Of a DNA stretch of 64,000 nt, positions 11,863 to 23,567 are shown in pieces. Numbering within the stretch: the first letter of the stretch is position 1; each line of letters begins with the position of its first letter. The DNA lies in NCBI GenBank assembly GCA_020137815.1, contig CM035353.1, positions 806,001 to 870,000 on the forward strand, in the 5' to 3' direction. The notes under the pieces are model-generated. The model saw only the letters and a list, made by a program, of their open reading frames with translations. It had not been told where the DNA came from and searched no databases. A program made the translations under genes and the position numbers. This DNA is from Hormiphora californensis (taxonomy: Eukaryota > Animalia > Ctenophora).

Positions 11863-14800
11863 TCACACGGGAAGGACAGTGTAGGTAGCCCCTTTATAGT
11901 GATGTAATCTGCCACTCCCATTGTCGAGAAAGTAGTCCGCTGGCACACCCTGCAGTCGCACCAACAGACCCTGTTTCTCGTGCTTCCACACTACTGTTGA
12001 GCTCTTTATGTACTTTTCCGAGATTCTACAAATCAACGCAGCCTGCAACGGAAAGTGTAAGTATAACGGTTATACTATAACCGGGGGACTAGTTGTTCCG
12101 GATGGAGGATAAAAGGTAGGGTAATGTATAGTAAGAGAAGATTTCTCAGGGCTTAGTATAGTGTAACTAGTTGTTCCTACGGACGGGGGACAAAAAGGTA
12201 GGGTAATGTATAGTAAGAGAAGATTTCTCAGGGCTTAGTATATTTTAATTGTCTCGGGTTACGAGACGACTACCTGGCGATAGTTGAGACGTTTAGGCTT
12301 GATCTGGTTCAATTCGGTATAGCTGAAGTTCAGTCTATTCCCGTCTACGATGAATAACTGATTGGATGTTTTTCTTGGCTCAATTTTGATCTCTTGTAGA
12401 AGAAATCGTGACACTGCATTTGCCTGCTCTGTTCTGAAAATAAAAACACAAACGATTTAGGGCCTATTCTATAACTGGCCCCTAACTGGTACAATATAAT
12501 AGTGAGTTGCAATAATCAGACATCTATGAACAGGAACTGGATTGTGGTTAGTATAGTATGTTGCTTTACCTGCCGGACGTTACAAGAGCCATGAAAAGTT
12601 TCTCCAAAAGTACCCGACCCCCAGCTACAAGATGAGGCAGAATGGGCGAGACAATCACATCATCCACGTTTGATTTGTCTATCAGAGTTGCTAACACCTC
12701 AAACCGTTGCTGGAATGTCGGGTGATCTGGTTCGTAGCATCGTGTCAAGCCCTCAAACAGTGATAACAAATCAATATCGGAATTCTGAACTGCTCGCTCA
12801 AAGTCTGTTTTTGATTCGAATATATCGAGGGGTGGGTAGATTTGATCGGGAAGAGGGAAGAATGATCTGTTAATGGCATCTCTGTCCGTGTGAGGGTTGT
12901 GATATAATGTACCATCCACACCTCGCGTTGCTATATATCGTTCCTGAAAGGCGGGTATATATTGTTGTTGAGTAAGGACTACTCAGTAAAAAGTTATCCA
13001 CGATGAGGATTTAAAATATCGGCAGTATGTTCGTGATGAATATTTCTTTGTTTTTATTTCTTACGCTATTACCACCAGTAAGTCGAAATTTGAATTAAAG
13101 GAAGTTTAAACTACAAAAATTGTTGTTCGTAGAGTGCTTCCCGGGTAACGACTTCCCTACACCCAACTAGTGAATTTTAGAACTCTATATTATTTGCCCA
13201 GTGCCCCGAATTTTAGAAATCTAAAAAAATATTTTCCTCTGCCTTGCTCTAGGCTGCAAGATACGATTCGCTAGGCTGCAAAATTTATGGATCAAATAAT
13301 TTATTTTGGATCAAATAATTTATTTTATTTCAGCAGTTTTACTGTGGAGGAGGAACTCTTGAGTTTGAATTTACACGATTTGAGTTTACCGACTGCAGCG
13401 ATACTAGCGGTTGTGATTTGACTTTTAAAGACTTCAAAATAACGATTGACGGTGAGGCGGTAGCAACAAACAGCTGGATTGAACTACCCAGTAACACAAA
13501 CGACATTGATTTAACCAACGTCGGGTATTTTGAAAGCACGCTGAGCTTTCATTTTGAAGCAGATGCCGACTTTATTATATCTGCTGACATTATAGAACGT
13601 GATACAGGTATTCTTGATCCTGATGACTCTTACGGATCAATTTTGTTCAACGGGCATCTTCACAGCAAAAACAGCGGCGGATGGTACAATAGAGAAACTA
13701 GAGAGAAATCAAATTCTGAATCATGGACACTTTACTTTAAATTCCGTATCAGTAGCTGTGATTCGCATTTTACTGGGAACGGTTGTGCGGATTGTGGTGA
13801 CCATTGGACTGGAACCAACTGTGATTCGTGCATTCAAAGGTGGACGGGAAACAACTGCGACACCTGTGCTCTTGGCTGGACGGGAACCAACTGTGACTCC
13901 TGTGCTCTTGGCTGGGCGGGAGGCAACTGCGACACCTGTGCTCTTGGCTGGGCGGGAGGCAGCTGTGACTCCTGTGCTCTTGGCTGGGCGGGAGGCAGCT
14001 GTGACTCCTGTGCTCTTGGCTGGACGGGAGATGGGTGTGCAGACTGCGGAGATCTTTGGACTGGCACCAACTGTGAAGAATGTAAAATCACGAATCGACA
14101 AGAGCCAAACTGTGAGTCATGCGTCAAAGGCTGGGATGGAGAGAACTGTGACACCTGTGCTCCAAACTTCTACCCAATGGGAAACTGTTCAGTAGAATGC
14201 ATCGGAGAAGTTGGTCGTTCATCCTGCGATGAAAGTGGTACTTTGAATTGTGATTCTGATTCTCACTTCACAGGGCCTAAATGTCAAGATTGCGAGAAGA
14301 ACTGGGCAGGTGAGGCATGTAATATTTGCACTGACAACTACTTTGGTAGCGAGTGTGACACCTTCTGTGCCCCTACCAACACTTCAGACTGTTCGGAAAG
14401 TGGAGAAATCATCTGCCATGACAATTGGTACGGTCCCGACTGTAACAAGTTTTGCATCTCCAACGAGAACTTCACCTGTAACAAACACGGCGAGATGACC
14501 TGTGCAAAGGGTAGCAAAGACCTGGATTGCGTACAGAAGTCAGAGGAAAGTAAAACAAGCTGCAGTTATTGGGGGAAGCATCGGAGGAGTTACTATCTTG
14601 GTGCTAACCCTTGGAGTTGGCATGTTTTTTGTGCTGAAGAAACTGAAAACAAGGGGGCAGGAGAAAGATGATGACGGAGTGGTGACTTTCTACAACCCCA
14701 CGATTACAGCGGGAGGCCCTTCCAATAGGAAACAAAATACAGGATACAGTACTGAAGTGATGCTCAATGGACCGATCAGTGTATCACAAAGGGTTAATGA

Positions 14801-15906
14801 TGTATCCTACAGTACTTTGCACAGTGCACAAAACAAGGGCGGACCTGGGAGAGATGTGGTTATAGAGCCAATCTACACAGATTCAGTAGATAGAGCAACT
14901 CCTGCTAAAGGTTTAGAGCCACTCTACTCTGAGCCAGACCTCATCAAAGACCCGGAACCCCTCTACGCAGAGCCAGACCTCATCAAAGACCCGGAACCAC
15001 TCTATGCGGATAACGAGATTTTGGGGGATACTGGCGAAACCTACGCTCAAGTCGAATTCCATGGGGATAGCGGTCGACTTCATGCTGAGTTTACAACGGA
15101 AGAAGCAAAAGATACTGTTTACGCGAGTATCGTCAACTGTTGACGAACAACTTTGGCTCTGATTTTTTCAAAAATGTAGTAAGAAAAACTATCCAGTTGT
15201 ACTGTGATTGAAAATAACTTTGTGTGAGTAGAACCTTGTTTGATGTGCTACTGCTACAATCCACGAACGTCACATCTCCCTCGTACAGCCAGCACAGACC
15301 CGGGTCACGTATCAATTCTTCCTTTACTTCCGTCACTCTCCTCCCCAAATCACCATCCCCGCACCTCCATCTTTCCCCCATCCTCTCACTCGCACACTGC
15401 TCTGCCGTATCCAGCTCGTCCTTTGTGAGGAACAACACCTCAGCCCTTGAGTCAGGGTCGACGGGACGAGGTGATGGGATGTAGGGAGAATCACTCTCAC
15501 GGAGTGTAGCCACTAGACCACTTGTTAGGGAGGACGGTGGCGGCGGGGGTAAATCAACTTGTTTAGTGGAGGTAGGATGTACCAGGTAGGGCTGGGTGAG
15601 ACGTGAAAAGGACCCCTCTGTTGTGTGCTTTCGTTCTATCGTCGCAGCAGCAGAAACCTGAAAAAGTTTTATTTGTTAATGTTTCTCGTTCTAGGGGGAA
15701 CCTGGTTTGTTCCTACTTTTTATACTAAACTTGTTACTGCACCCCCAGATAGTTCCTACTTTATACCTTCTTCATACTTCATACTACTTGTTCTTATATA
15801 TTTTGTCACTCCTACTTCATACCTTCGTATTCATGGAGCGTGAGCAGAAAATCATTTTCCCACATTTTGTAGAATGCCGTGTTACATTTACCACACTAGC
15901 CGCCAT
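11863..15906 (-). CDS. MRPS22: Mitochondrial ribosomal protein S22 (mS22) paralogue A; exons about 15906-15823, 15657-15235, 12943-12570, 12432-12274, 12043-11863
   Basis: DPGLCWLYEGDVTFVDCSSSTSNK|ERYIATRGVDGTLYHNPHTDRDAINRSFFP...YEPDHP aligns with the MRPS22 core (YVFTDIS..RERFIVVREP.GTLR...RDR..Q.YFP...FEPD). Basic, targeting-peptide-like N-terminus. Confidence 0.75.
13027..15143 (+). CDS. DSL/EGF-like Cys-repeat receptor, copy 3 (exons 13027-13077, ~13337-15143), nested antisense in an MRPS22-A intron; +1 frameshift in an A-run near 14552-14555, just before the TM helix
   Basis: Signal exon MFVMNISLFLFLTLLPP. ORF 13418-14671 (ectodomain, about 6-7 repeats) joins ORF 14502-15143 (TM plus VSYSTL, EPIYTD, EPLYAEP, ETYAQV, TVYASI) if one A is removed. 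Confidence 0.85.
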
Positions 15907-16174
15907 ACTATGTGTGTATTGAGAGTGGTTAGGGTGGTGTATTGGTAAGCTAGCTGCTAGGGTGTTTAGTTACTGTCGGGAAATGGAAACAATAAAGCTG
16001 TAATAGGTTTCAGGAGTAAACGGGTCACGATATACATTTTCACGGTCCCTCTCATTTCGCCTTCACACGTGGTGGTCACGTGGTTCCGCGAATACTGAAA
16101 TTCCTATCATTCTACCCGTGACAAATTACCATCTTAATTTCAACAACATCAGCTCATCAAATGTTTCTCTCACT

Positions 16175-18494
16175 TCATTTATTTCTCTTCTTTTCCCCTC
16201 CCTTCTTTGCCTCTTCCTTTGCTTGAAAGACTGGCAGTATTTTGAACTGCTTGCCCCTGATATTTTCCACCCTGCCCTTGCCATCGTTATGAAGTTCATT
16301 ACTCCGGTTAGTAGTTACCAGTAACCCAGGTTTACCGTACATGTAGGTGGGTTTACACGTGTAAACATCCCGGTCCTTTATGCTACATATCTCACACACC
16401 TGGGAAGTTGTATCATTTGTATGTTACAAGAGTTAGGTTAGGGTTAGGGTTAGGGTTAGGGTTACTCGTGTTCCTACATTGTTTCTCTCTCTCAGAGTGA
16501 CTGAGAGTGAGTTAGTTGGGCTTTGACAGTCAGGGTTGACGGGGCCCGGCTCACCCTACACATTTTGGAAGGGCCAGGGGGGGGTGGAAATATATCAGTA
16601 CTTACACAGTAGAGATCACGTGCCTTCCCAGAGAGCTGCAGAGTCTTAGCAACTGGCATATCACGTGCTCTCTCTATAAAGCACATATTCTCCGCTATCG
16701 GGAGGTGGGAGTATTCCACAAAGGCTGGATGTACTCTTAGCATTATTGAACCTATCTCATCAGCCAGGGCGTCCCTGTGGGGGAATTTACCCCTGTGTTA
16801 CGTGTCAGTATGACATAGTTTCAACAAATGGGGACATTGTCCGGTACTACCGGGGTTTTTGCAAACATAATAATGGAAATCATAACACAAATTAACAGCA
16901 GGAAGTTATTTTCTAGAAAGGCCGGCTATTGATTATCAAATCAAGTTTCAAGAAGAACCCCGGTAGTACCAAAACACTTGACAAACCTTCCACCATCAAC
17001 GAGGAACGCCTGAAGTATTGGGATAGCTTCTTCGTCATGTGCGTCGAAATATAGCACAACAGTAACAAAGTATCGAGAGTGGAATAGCTGCTCCACCATC
17101 TTGGGTGACTCCTTAATCATCATCGCCAGCTCTTTGAATCTGGGAATTGATGTCAACCAGAATATATTAATGATTCAAAGAAAGATAGAGAAAGAGATGC
17201 CGACAGAGAGAGAGAGGATACACTTACCTTTTTTGAAACTGTGGATGGTCGGTGGAGTAACATCTATGAAGATTGTCAAGTGACCGAGAAAGGTCAAAAT
17301 CTTCTGCCGCTATGTGTTTATGGAATGAACTGGGGGAGGGGTCAGGGTCAGGTACAAAAAAATTATATTCATACCTCTCTTTTGCTTATTAGACACACCT
17401 TGATTGTGCTTATTTTCTTTGTTCATTGTTTAGCGTATACTGTTGGACAAACACATTATTTGTATTTTTCAACTTTATTGGGAAGGTAGTATGGTCACCT
17501 GTCTGATTCGAAGATATCGAGGGGTGGGTAGATTTGATCGGGAAGAGGGAAGAATGATCTGTTGATGGCATCTCTGTCCGTGTGAGGGTTGTGATATAAT
17601 GTACCATCCACACTTCGCGTTGCTATATATCGTTCCTGAAATTAAGTCGTGGTAACAAGTTTACACCGCAGGTCTAAGTGCAAGTGGGTCCACCTTAATA
17701 ATCACCACAAACTCAAATAACAGCCTCTAAACGTAATAATTCCATTAATAAACATTCATAAAATAAATTTAGTTGGGTATTAATTTTGACAGATCTCCTG
17801 ACCTCATTTACAGCACTCGAGCTAGAATCAACAAAGGTAACATCAGACTCATACAACCACTGCAGACCTGGATCCTGACACCTCCTTGTGTCAACATCCG
17901 CCCGGCCACCTGACGAACAATTGAAAATTGATAAAAAATAAATCATTTCCACTTATCTAAGATAATCTAAATTATTTAGTAACATGTTAGGAAGCAAAAT
18001 GTACCTAACAGTGCCTTTTCTTCACTACACAGCTCCTCAATTCGTTCTGCGTACGCCTCTCTTGACCTTGTCAGTTCCTCACCACTAAGAAACATATCAT
18101 TTCCTCTTTCCTCAGTTGGGTGGGATCGGGTTAGGGTAAAGTTTCCCTCTGCAATCTCCCGGAGAATTGTATGACGAAGTTGTTTGTTAAGTGAAGCTAA
18201 CACAGCAGGGGGTGGTGTTATCGGCTTGGAGGGATTCTCTATTGATGTCGGATGGTCCAGAAAGGCCTTGTTTAGTTTAGCGAATGAGATTTCGGTGGTA
18301 TGCCGTCTCTCAATTTTAACTGGATCCTGCAAATTTAATAAACAATTCTATTTAATTTTGTATTTTCATGAATTCTATACAAACCATTAAATTAATAGCT
18401 TTATAATAATAAGTTGATTTTCAATTGAACTTACTGCGTTTTGGGTTGACAGGCTGCGGCAAATTACCCCATTAGACTTTATCACACGTCTCAT
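16175..18494 (-). CDS. MRPS22: Mitochondrial ribosomal protein S22 paralogue B (multi-exon)
   Basis: MRRVIKSNG...|DPVKIERRHTTE...|DPGLQWLYESDVTFVDSSS|ERYIATRSVDGTLYHN...|CYSTDHPQFQKR|...HSRYFVTVVLYF. C-terminus is colinear with paralogue A (GLLV...GR...G.....LPV). Confidence 0.72.
16431..16464. repeat. Interstitial (TTAGGG)n telomere-like repeat in an MRPS22-B intron
   Basis: agttaggttagggttagggttagggttagggtta. Confidence 0.8.
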
Positions 18495-19645
18495 GTTGCT
18501 AACGATGCTAGCATGTTAGTTAACGGTTGAGTGCGTTCTTTATGAGCATTTTAAGCTAAAATTCTCGAAATCTAACACCATTTTCCATTTTCGTACGACG
18601 GCTACAGGCCACTAGCAGCGTAGGCCTGCATTTGAACTTTTCCCTTTCATAATTCAAAAATTATAAAATATTAACCCCATACTTTGTGTCTTTAAAGACA
18701 CTAGGAGGACTGGATCGTTCATCGTAGGCCAGACGTTCAAGTTCCGGCCAAAATTTGAACTTTTCCCTTTCAACTTTCAGGGAAACAGCAATCCGACACC
18801 GGGGTCTCAGATAATAAACGCACACCACGATCGGTCACAGAGTGAACCTGCAAAGTGGTACAACACCGAAGTGTCGAGAGTACCCTCGTATCCATCATGG
18901 AACCCGGTATACTCCATTTTTTTTCAACTGTTCACCCCCCAAAGTCGTGCGCGGAATTGTTTTGCGCGTTTATCACATGTTAACGTATAGCGCGCGTCAC
19001 CCAAATTCTAATTTTTTCCCTGCCCGGGTGAATGCCCGAAGGGCATTTACCCGGGATGATGTTTTTAGCACGCACGTGCTAAAAAGATCATAAAGGGTTT
19101 AGAAATCAGCAGATTGTGTAGTTAACTAAAAGTGTCCGTCCGTCACGGACAACGCTTGACAACGCTCCTTCATCAAATCAATTAATTGTTTTGATGAAAT
19201 ATGATGTCACGAGGCGCTTCTCCTGCAGGAAACTCGCGCGCGCACAGGACGTTTATGTTTCACTTCAAAGAAAGTCTATAACTTTGGCGCCGCGCCCTAC
19301 GTCATTGTACTGTACAGTGTTCACTTTTGAGTTGTGGCAATGGCATGAACTGCGACTTGAATACTACATGATATCACATAACCTTGAAACTGGAGTCTAA
19401 TTAGTCAACCCATCAGCTTTACCGGCTCACATATCAGCATCCACTTAGAAGCAGGCGTGGCACAATCCAGATCTCATGCCGGCTGTCAAACTTTGACTCA
19501 AAGTTTATATCCTTGAAGTTGGGCAGGGAAATACAGCATTATGGGTATACATAAGGGGGGGTGGCGGCCAACATCGGCCTGAATATAAATACGTGTAGAC
19601 ACTTAACAATGATAAAAACTGTAATAAATTAAATATAAAATGAGT

Positions 19646-20850
19646 CTATTGCCCCACTTGATATAGCTGCTCGTCCCTGCTGCCCTCGCCCCTCAATCTA
19701 CCCCGATGCCCCCTGATGGAAACAGTTATTGATCGCACCATGGCGAAAGATAGTCTGAGTCGAAGATAACGGATGCATTGGTCGTAGGTGTATCCCGTTT
19801 TTTTAGCTTTCTTATCGGCTAGCTGTTTCAGTGTCTTTTTGAATTCCCGACCGAGACCCCCCGTCGTGGACATTACCAGAGGTGTAAATGAAGATTTTTC
19901 CACTTCAATGACCCGATGAAGGTAGCCAGTCTTTTTCTCCCTCTCATGTTTTTCATACACTTTAGAGATTGCCTGGTTAGAGTTGGATGTCACCCTAGGA
20001 TTAAATACCCTCACATCAAAATAGGTGTTATCCATGCTAGACCAGAAATCACGTGTACTGATATCTAGGCGAGCTCCATCCGCCGTAATAGTTCCCTCTG
20101 GGAGACTCATTCCTCGTACATTTAGCAGATGGGGTTCAACTTTCGTGTCATGACACACATTACTGAACTCAGTTGCAATAAAGTCTCTCACGTTGTTGTG
20201 GCGAAAGCATACAAAACCGCCGATCTTACATGAGATTGAGTGATCGATACTATTTTCCTCTCCACACACGCAGTTGGTAGGCAGTGCTTCTCCTGTCAGC
20301 GGCAGGTTGTATCGTGCAGACAGAGCATCATGCCACTCTTGTCTGTTCAGGGTAAAGTTTAATGCTTGGAGGGGAAGACAAGTAAGCCAAGAAGATGCAC
20401 CTTTCTCAGACAGGAGATCAAGGTTCCTGCTTTCGGCGCTAGTCATTTTGCTTCGAATCTCCTCAATTTTCTGATAATGAATGTCATTTTTGGTACGGCG
20501 AATAATTGATGATTTCTCAGTTTGTTGGTTTTTGTCAACCTGAAAAGTTTCGTGTTGGCCAAGAACCGCTGCAGACAAGTCTTCTGTGATGAACTTAGAA
20601 AAGCTGTACTCCGAATCCGCTGATAGTTCTGGGTTATCAATTCCCAATCCTCCAAATCTAACAGGGAGGGAGGCAACTGATCTCAAGGTGTCGCTGATAA
20701 CATGTTGGCCAGTTAGTACAGGGAGAAGTTTTTGGTGGATGGTTTTCTCGATGACTCCAAGTTGTTGGGATATTCCTGGAGTTGTTCTCATGAGGTAGCT
20801 CCACCTTTTCGAGATCCCGATGGTGTATGCACTATAGGCTAGCTGTGGTA
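19646..20850 (-). mobile_element. 5'-truncated CRE-clade-like non-LTR retrotransposon (post-RT region, CCHC, restriction-like endonuclease)
   Basis: LPVRFGGLGI, CVCG...HSISC..GG...RHNNVRD, RLDI...YFDVRV, HEREKK..Y, FTPLVMSTTGGLG. Confidence 0.85.
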
Positions 20851-20973
20851 TACATAATGCAAATAATTCTTGTTAATAAATTTCAGTTTTTGGGTGGGAT
20901 GCTACAAGCCGTGGAAAACGCGCGCACTTGGGGTCTGCAGCGCATGCCAAAATAAAAATGGACTTTAAAGTCT

Positions 20974-21192
20974 GATTTTAAATAACTGTCGTTTTTACCG
21001 CACTCGATTTTGCTCTATTATGACAATATCTCCAGTTTCTGATAAGATAGAGACTTGAAATTTGGAGGTTAGGAAGAACTTAGCATGTTCTTCGCAACCC
21101 CCAAGTTTTAAGTCTTTATCTCATCAGGAACCGGAGTTATTGTAATAATAGAGCAAAATCGAGTGCGGTAAAAACGACAGTTATTTAAAATC
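20974..21192. mobile_element. Foldback MITE between the two CRE fragments
   Basis: gattttaaataactgtcgtttttaccgcactcgattttgctctatta with its reverse complement ending at 21192. Confidence 0.8.
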
Positions 21193-21301
21193 TTTTTTGG
21201 AAAGCCGGGTTGACCGGTTCAACTTTATATACGAAATAAATCAGGTTACACAATCACTATATACACATTAAGTTGGTCATTAGGACTATAAAAGTAATAA
21301 G

Positions 21302-21988
21302 TTAGATTATAAGGTTAAAATCATTGTCATAAGAATTAAATCGGGTAAAACAGTTTCCTCTGTACCCCCTTATTGATATCAGTATAGTCTTCAGCAGACA
21401 AAATGAAAGGCGGAGCCGGATATAGCGGATGGAGTCGCTGTAGGTGTGGCCTGTTTTGTTGGATAGAAGGGTGGCAGCCCGTTTGTAAAAAACTTCCGCC
21501 TTAGGACCCATCAGGCCTGTAGTAGAGAACACAAGCGGCATGAAAGTCGCCTTTTCTACCTGTATTACACGGTCGTTATAGTTCCGGATCTTCTCCTGTT
21601 CGTGTCTCCGAAAAGTATCATCCACGGACTGGCGGTTGTTAGTGGGTGCCAAAGAGTTGAAAACCCTTATATCCGTGTAAACCTTGTCAAGCGGGCTCCA
21701 CACACCTCTGGCCGAGACGTCAAGTCGGGCACTGTTCTCAGTGATTGTTGAACGATAGTTGAACGTCTCGCCGGAGATGGGAAGGAGCTGAGGCTCGACT
21801 TCGACATCCTTACACCCAGCCTCGAGTAGAATATTAGCAGTCAGGTCCCTGATGTTATTGTGGCGCATATACACGTACCCGCCAAGAGCGCATGATAAGC
21901 AATGTTCAAGGGTATTGACCTTTCCACAGGCACAGGACAGGGGAATGTTATTTAAAATCAGACTATATTGTCGGATTGCAACTTTCAC
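21302..21988 (-). mobile_element. Second, divergent 5'-truncated CRE-clade-like fragment (CCHC plus RLE)
   Basis: CACG...HCLSC..GG...RHNNIRD, RLDVSARGVW, DIRVFN, HEQEK..Y, FMPLVFSTTGLMG. Confidence 0.85.
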
Positions 21989-22433
21989 AACTTTTTTCTG
22001 AAGTTAAAAAACGCAACTTCGAATGTTCGCGAACATTTTCTTGATGCGCGGCGTCATATGATCTGCATTTCGCGCGTTACAACGGCGGTAGTGCTGTAAA
22101 AAATCAAGCTCTGTTTTTTGAACTCAGTTTTTTAATGTTTAAAAAGCGGGGACCGGAAAACGTCAAAATCTGGGTGTTTTGAGTGCCAGCAGTAGCAGGC
22201 CAGCGTTAAAATCTGGGTGTTTTGGGAGTGCTGACAAATGGTTTTTTAGGGTTAGGGCTAAAGTAGGGTTAGGGTTAGGGTTGGGGTTTGGGTTGGGGTT
22301 AGGCCTTGACATTCCCTACCAGATAAACAAACTTTTCAACACTACTTTAAACAAATTAATTTGAGGTGGTACCTCGTGCCCCTCAATCCCCCTGTAGAAA
22401 TGTCCGGAGCACGTGATGGAGCAGTAACAAGAG

Positions 22434-23567
22434 GTGCAGCAAAGAGGGGTGGTACACGTAACTGAAGAATCTGAAGTACCGCAAGGTAGACATCCGACCC
22501 GACAAATACTTTGGACACTCCTGAAAGAGGCCTACCAGACGGTATGTGTACTATCAACTGCCCTCGCTACCTCTCAGCCCGAGCACCTTGACACTGAGGT
22601 TGGGATCGTTAACCCGGATTCTCTCGATAAACGGCTGGCAGAATTCCAAAAGGAAATCCTTCACACTGTCGAACAATCTATTCTCAAACACCACGCCCAG
22701 CCTTCTTTTGCACAGCTTGCTGCACAGCTTGCTTCGAAGGAAGCTTCACCATTGACTCCTGGCCGTAACCAACCTACTGTACCAAATCGACCTGTAGCTC
22801 CCGCTTCTACCACAAAAACCTCTCCCACACGGAGGACGATTGTAGTTGACTGCTGTGAAAATGACGTTGCCGACATAAAGAGGTTAAGTGAAAGTGCCCT
22901 ATCAAAGACAAAGGTCTCTAAACTGGACACAAAAAGAAACTCTGTCATAATAACTGTTCCTGAGAGTGAGGGGATAAAAGCTGCAGAGGCCCTAACTACT
23001 GGACTGCAAGGAAAATCCGTTAGAGTAAGGGCATCTCCCACCAGTAAACTCTCTATCCTGAACTTCCCTATCACAGACGAAATCAAGCAAACTGAAAACC
23101 GGGTGCAAAGAAATGCTGCTATACTCGAATTACTGCAGCAAAAAAATGACGAACTTAATCATGAAGATGTTGACGTGGTCTATTTCAAAAACAATGCAAG
23201 CAGTCCGGATTTATGTACGGTAGGCATCAGGCTGCCCACCCCGATCAAACGTCAACTGCTCAATCAACGAGTGGTCTATGTCGACTACTCGGCGTGCAAG
23301 GTTGTTGACAGGGTCCACGTTATCCGATGTTACACCTGTCAGGGGTTCCATCACACTTCTGAAACGTGTGTTAAGGATGCAGTATGTGCCCATTGTGCAG
23401 GAGGCCATGCGACGAAGGACTGCAGTGTCAAATTAAACACGAACTTTACCCCGTCTTGTACTAACTGTTCGTCAGAGGGCTATCTAAATGTTTCACACGC
23501 TGCAAGCAGCCAAGACTGTCCAGTTTATAAGTCTAAATTTGATGTTGCGAAGTCAAAAAACCAGTAG
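22434..23567 (+). CDS. LINE-A ORF1, gag-like nucleic-acid-binding protein (start uncertain)
   Basis: [31 protein letters not shown]...HAASSQDC; ends SKNQ*. Confidence 0.85.
   Translation: MQQRGVVHVTEESEVPQGRHPTRQILWTLLKEAYQTVCVLSTALATSQPEHLDTEVGIVNPDSLDKRLAEFQKEILHTVEQSILKHHAQPSFAQLAAQLASKEASPLTPGRNQPTVPNRPVAPASTTKTSPTRRTIVVDCCENDVADIKRLSESALSKTKVSKLDTKRNSVIITVPESEGIKAAEALTTGLQGKSVRVRASPTSKLSILNFPITDEIKQTENRVQRNAAILELLQQKNDELNHEDVDVVYFKNNASSPDLCTVGIRLPTPIKRQLLNQRVVYVDYSACKVVDRVHVIRCYTCQGFHHTSETCVKDAVCAHCAGGHATKDCSVKLNTNFTPSCTNCSSEGYLNVSHAASSQDCPVYKSKFDVAKSKNQ

Noticed and set aside
22246-22300. TTAGGG-like tracts here and at about 32942-33000 and 60588-60640 as telomeres or as LINE targets
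   Set aside because: Short, degenerate and internal to a dispersed repeat; the LINE insertion point is outside the tract.
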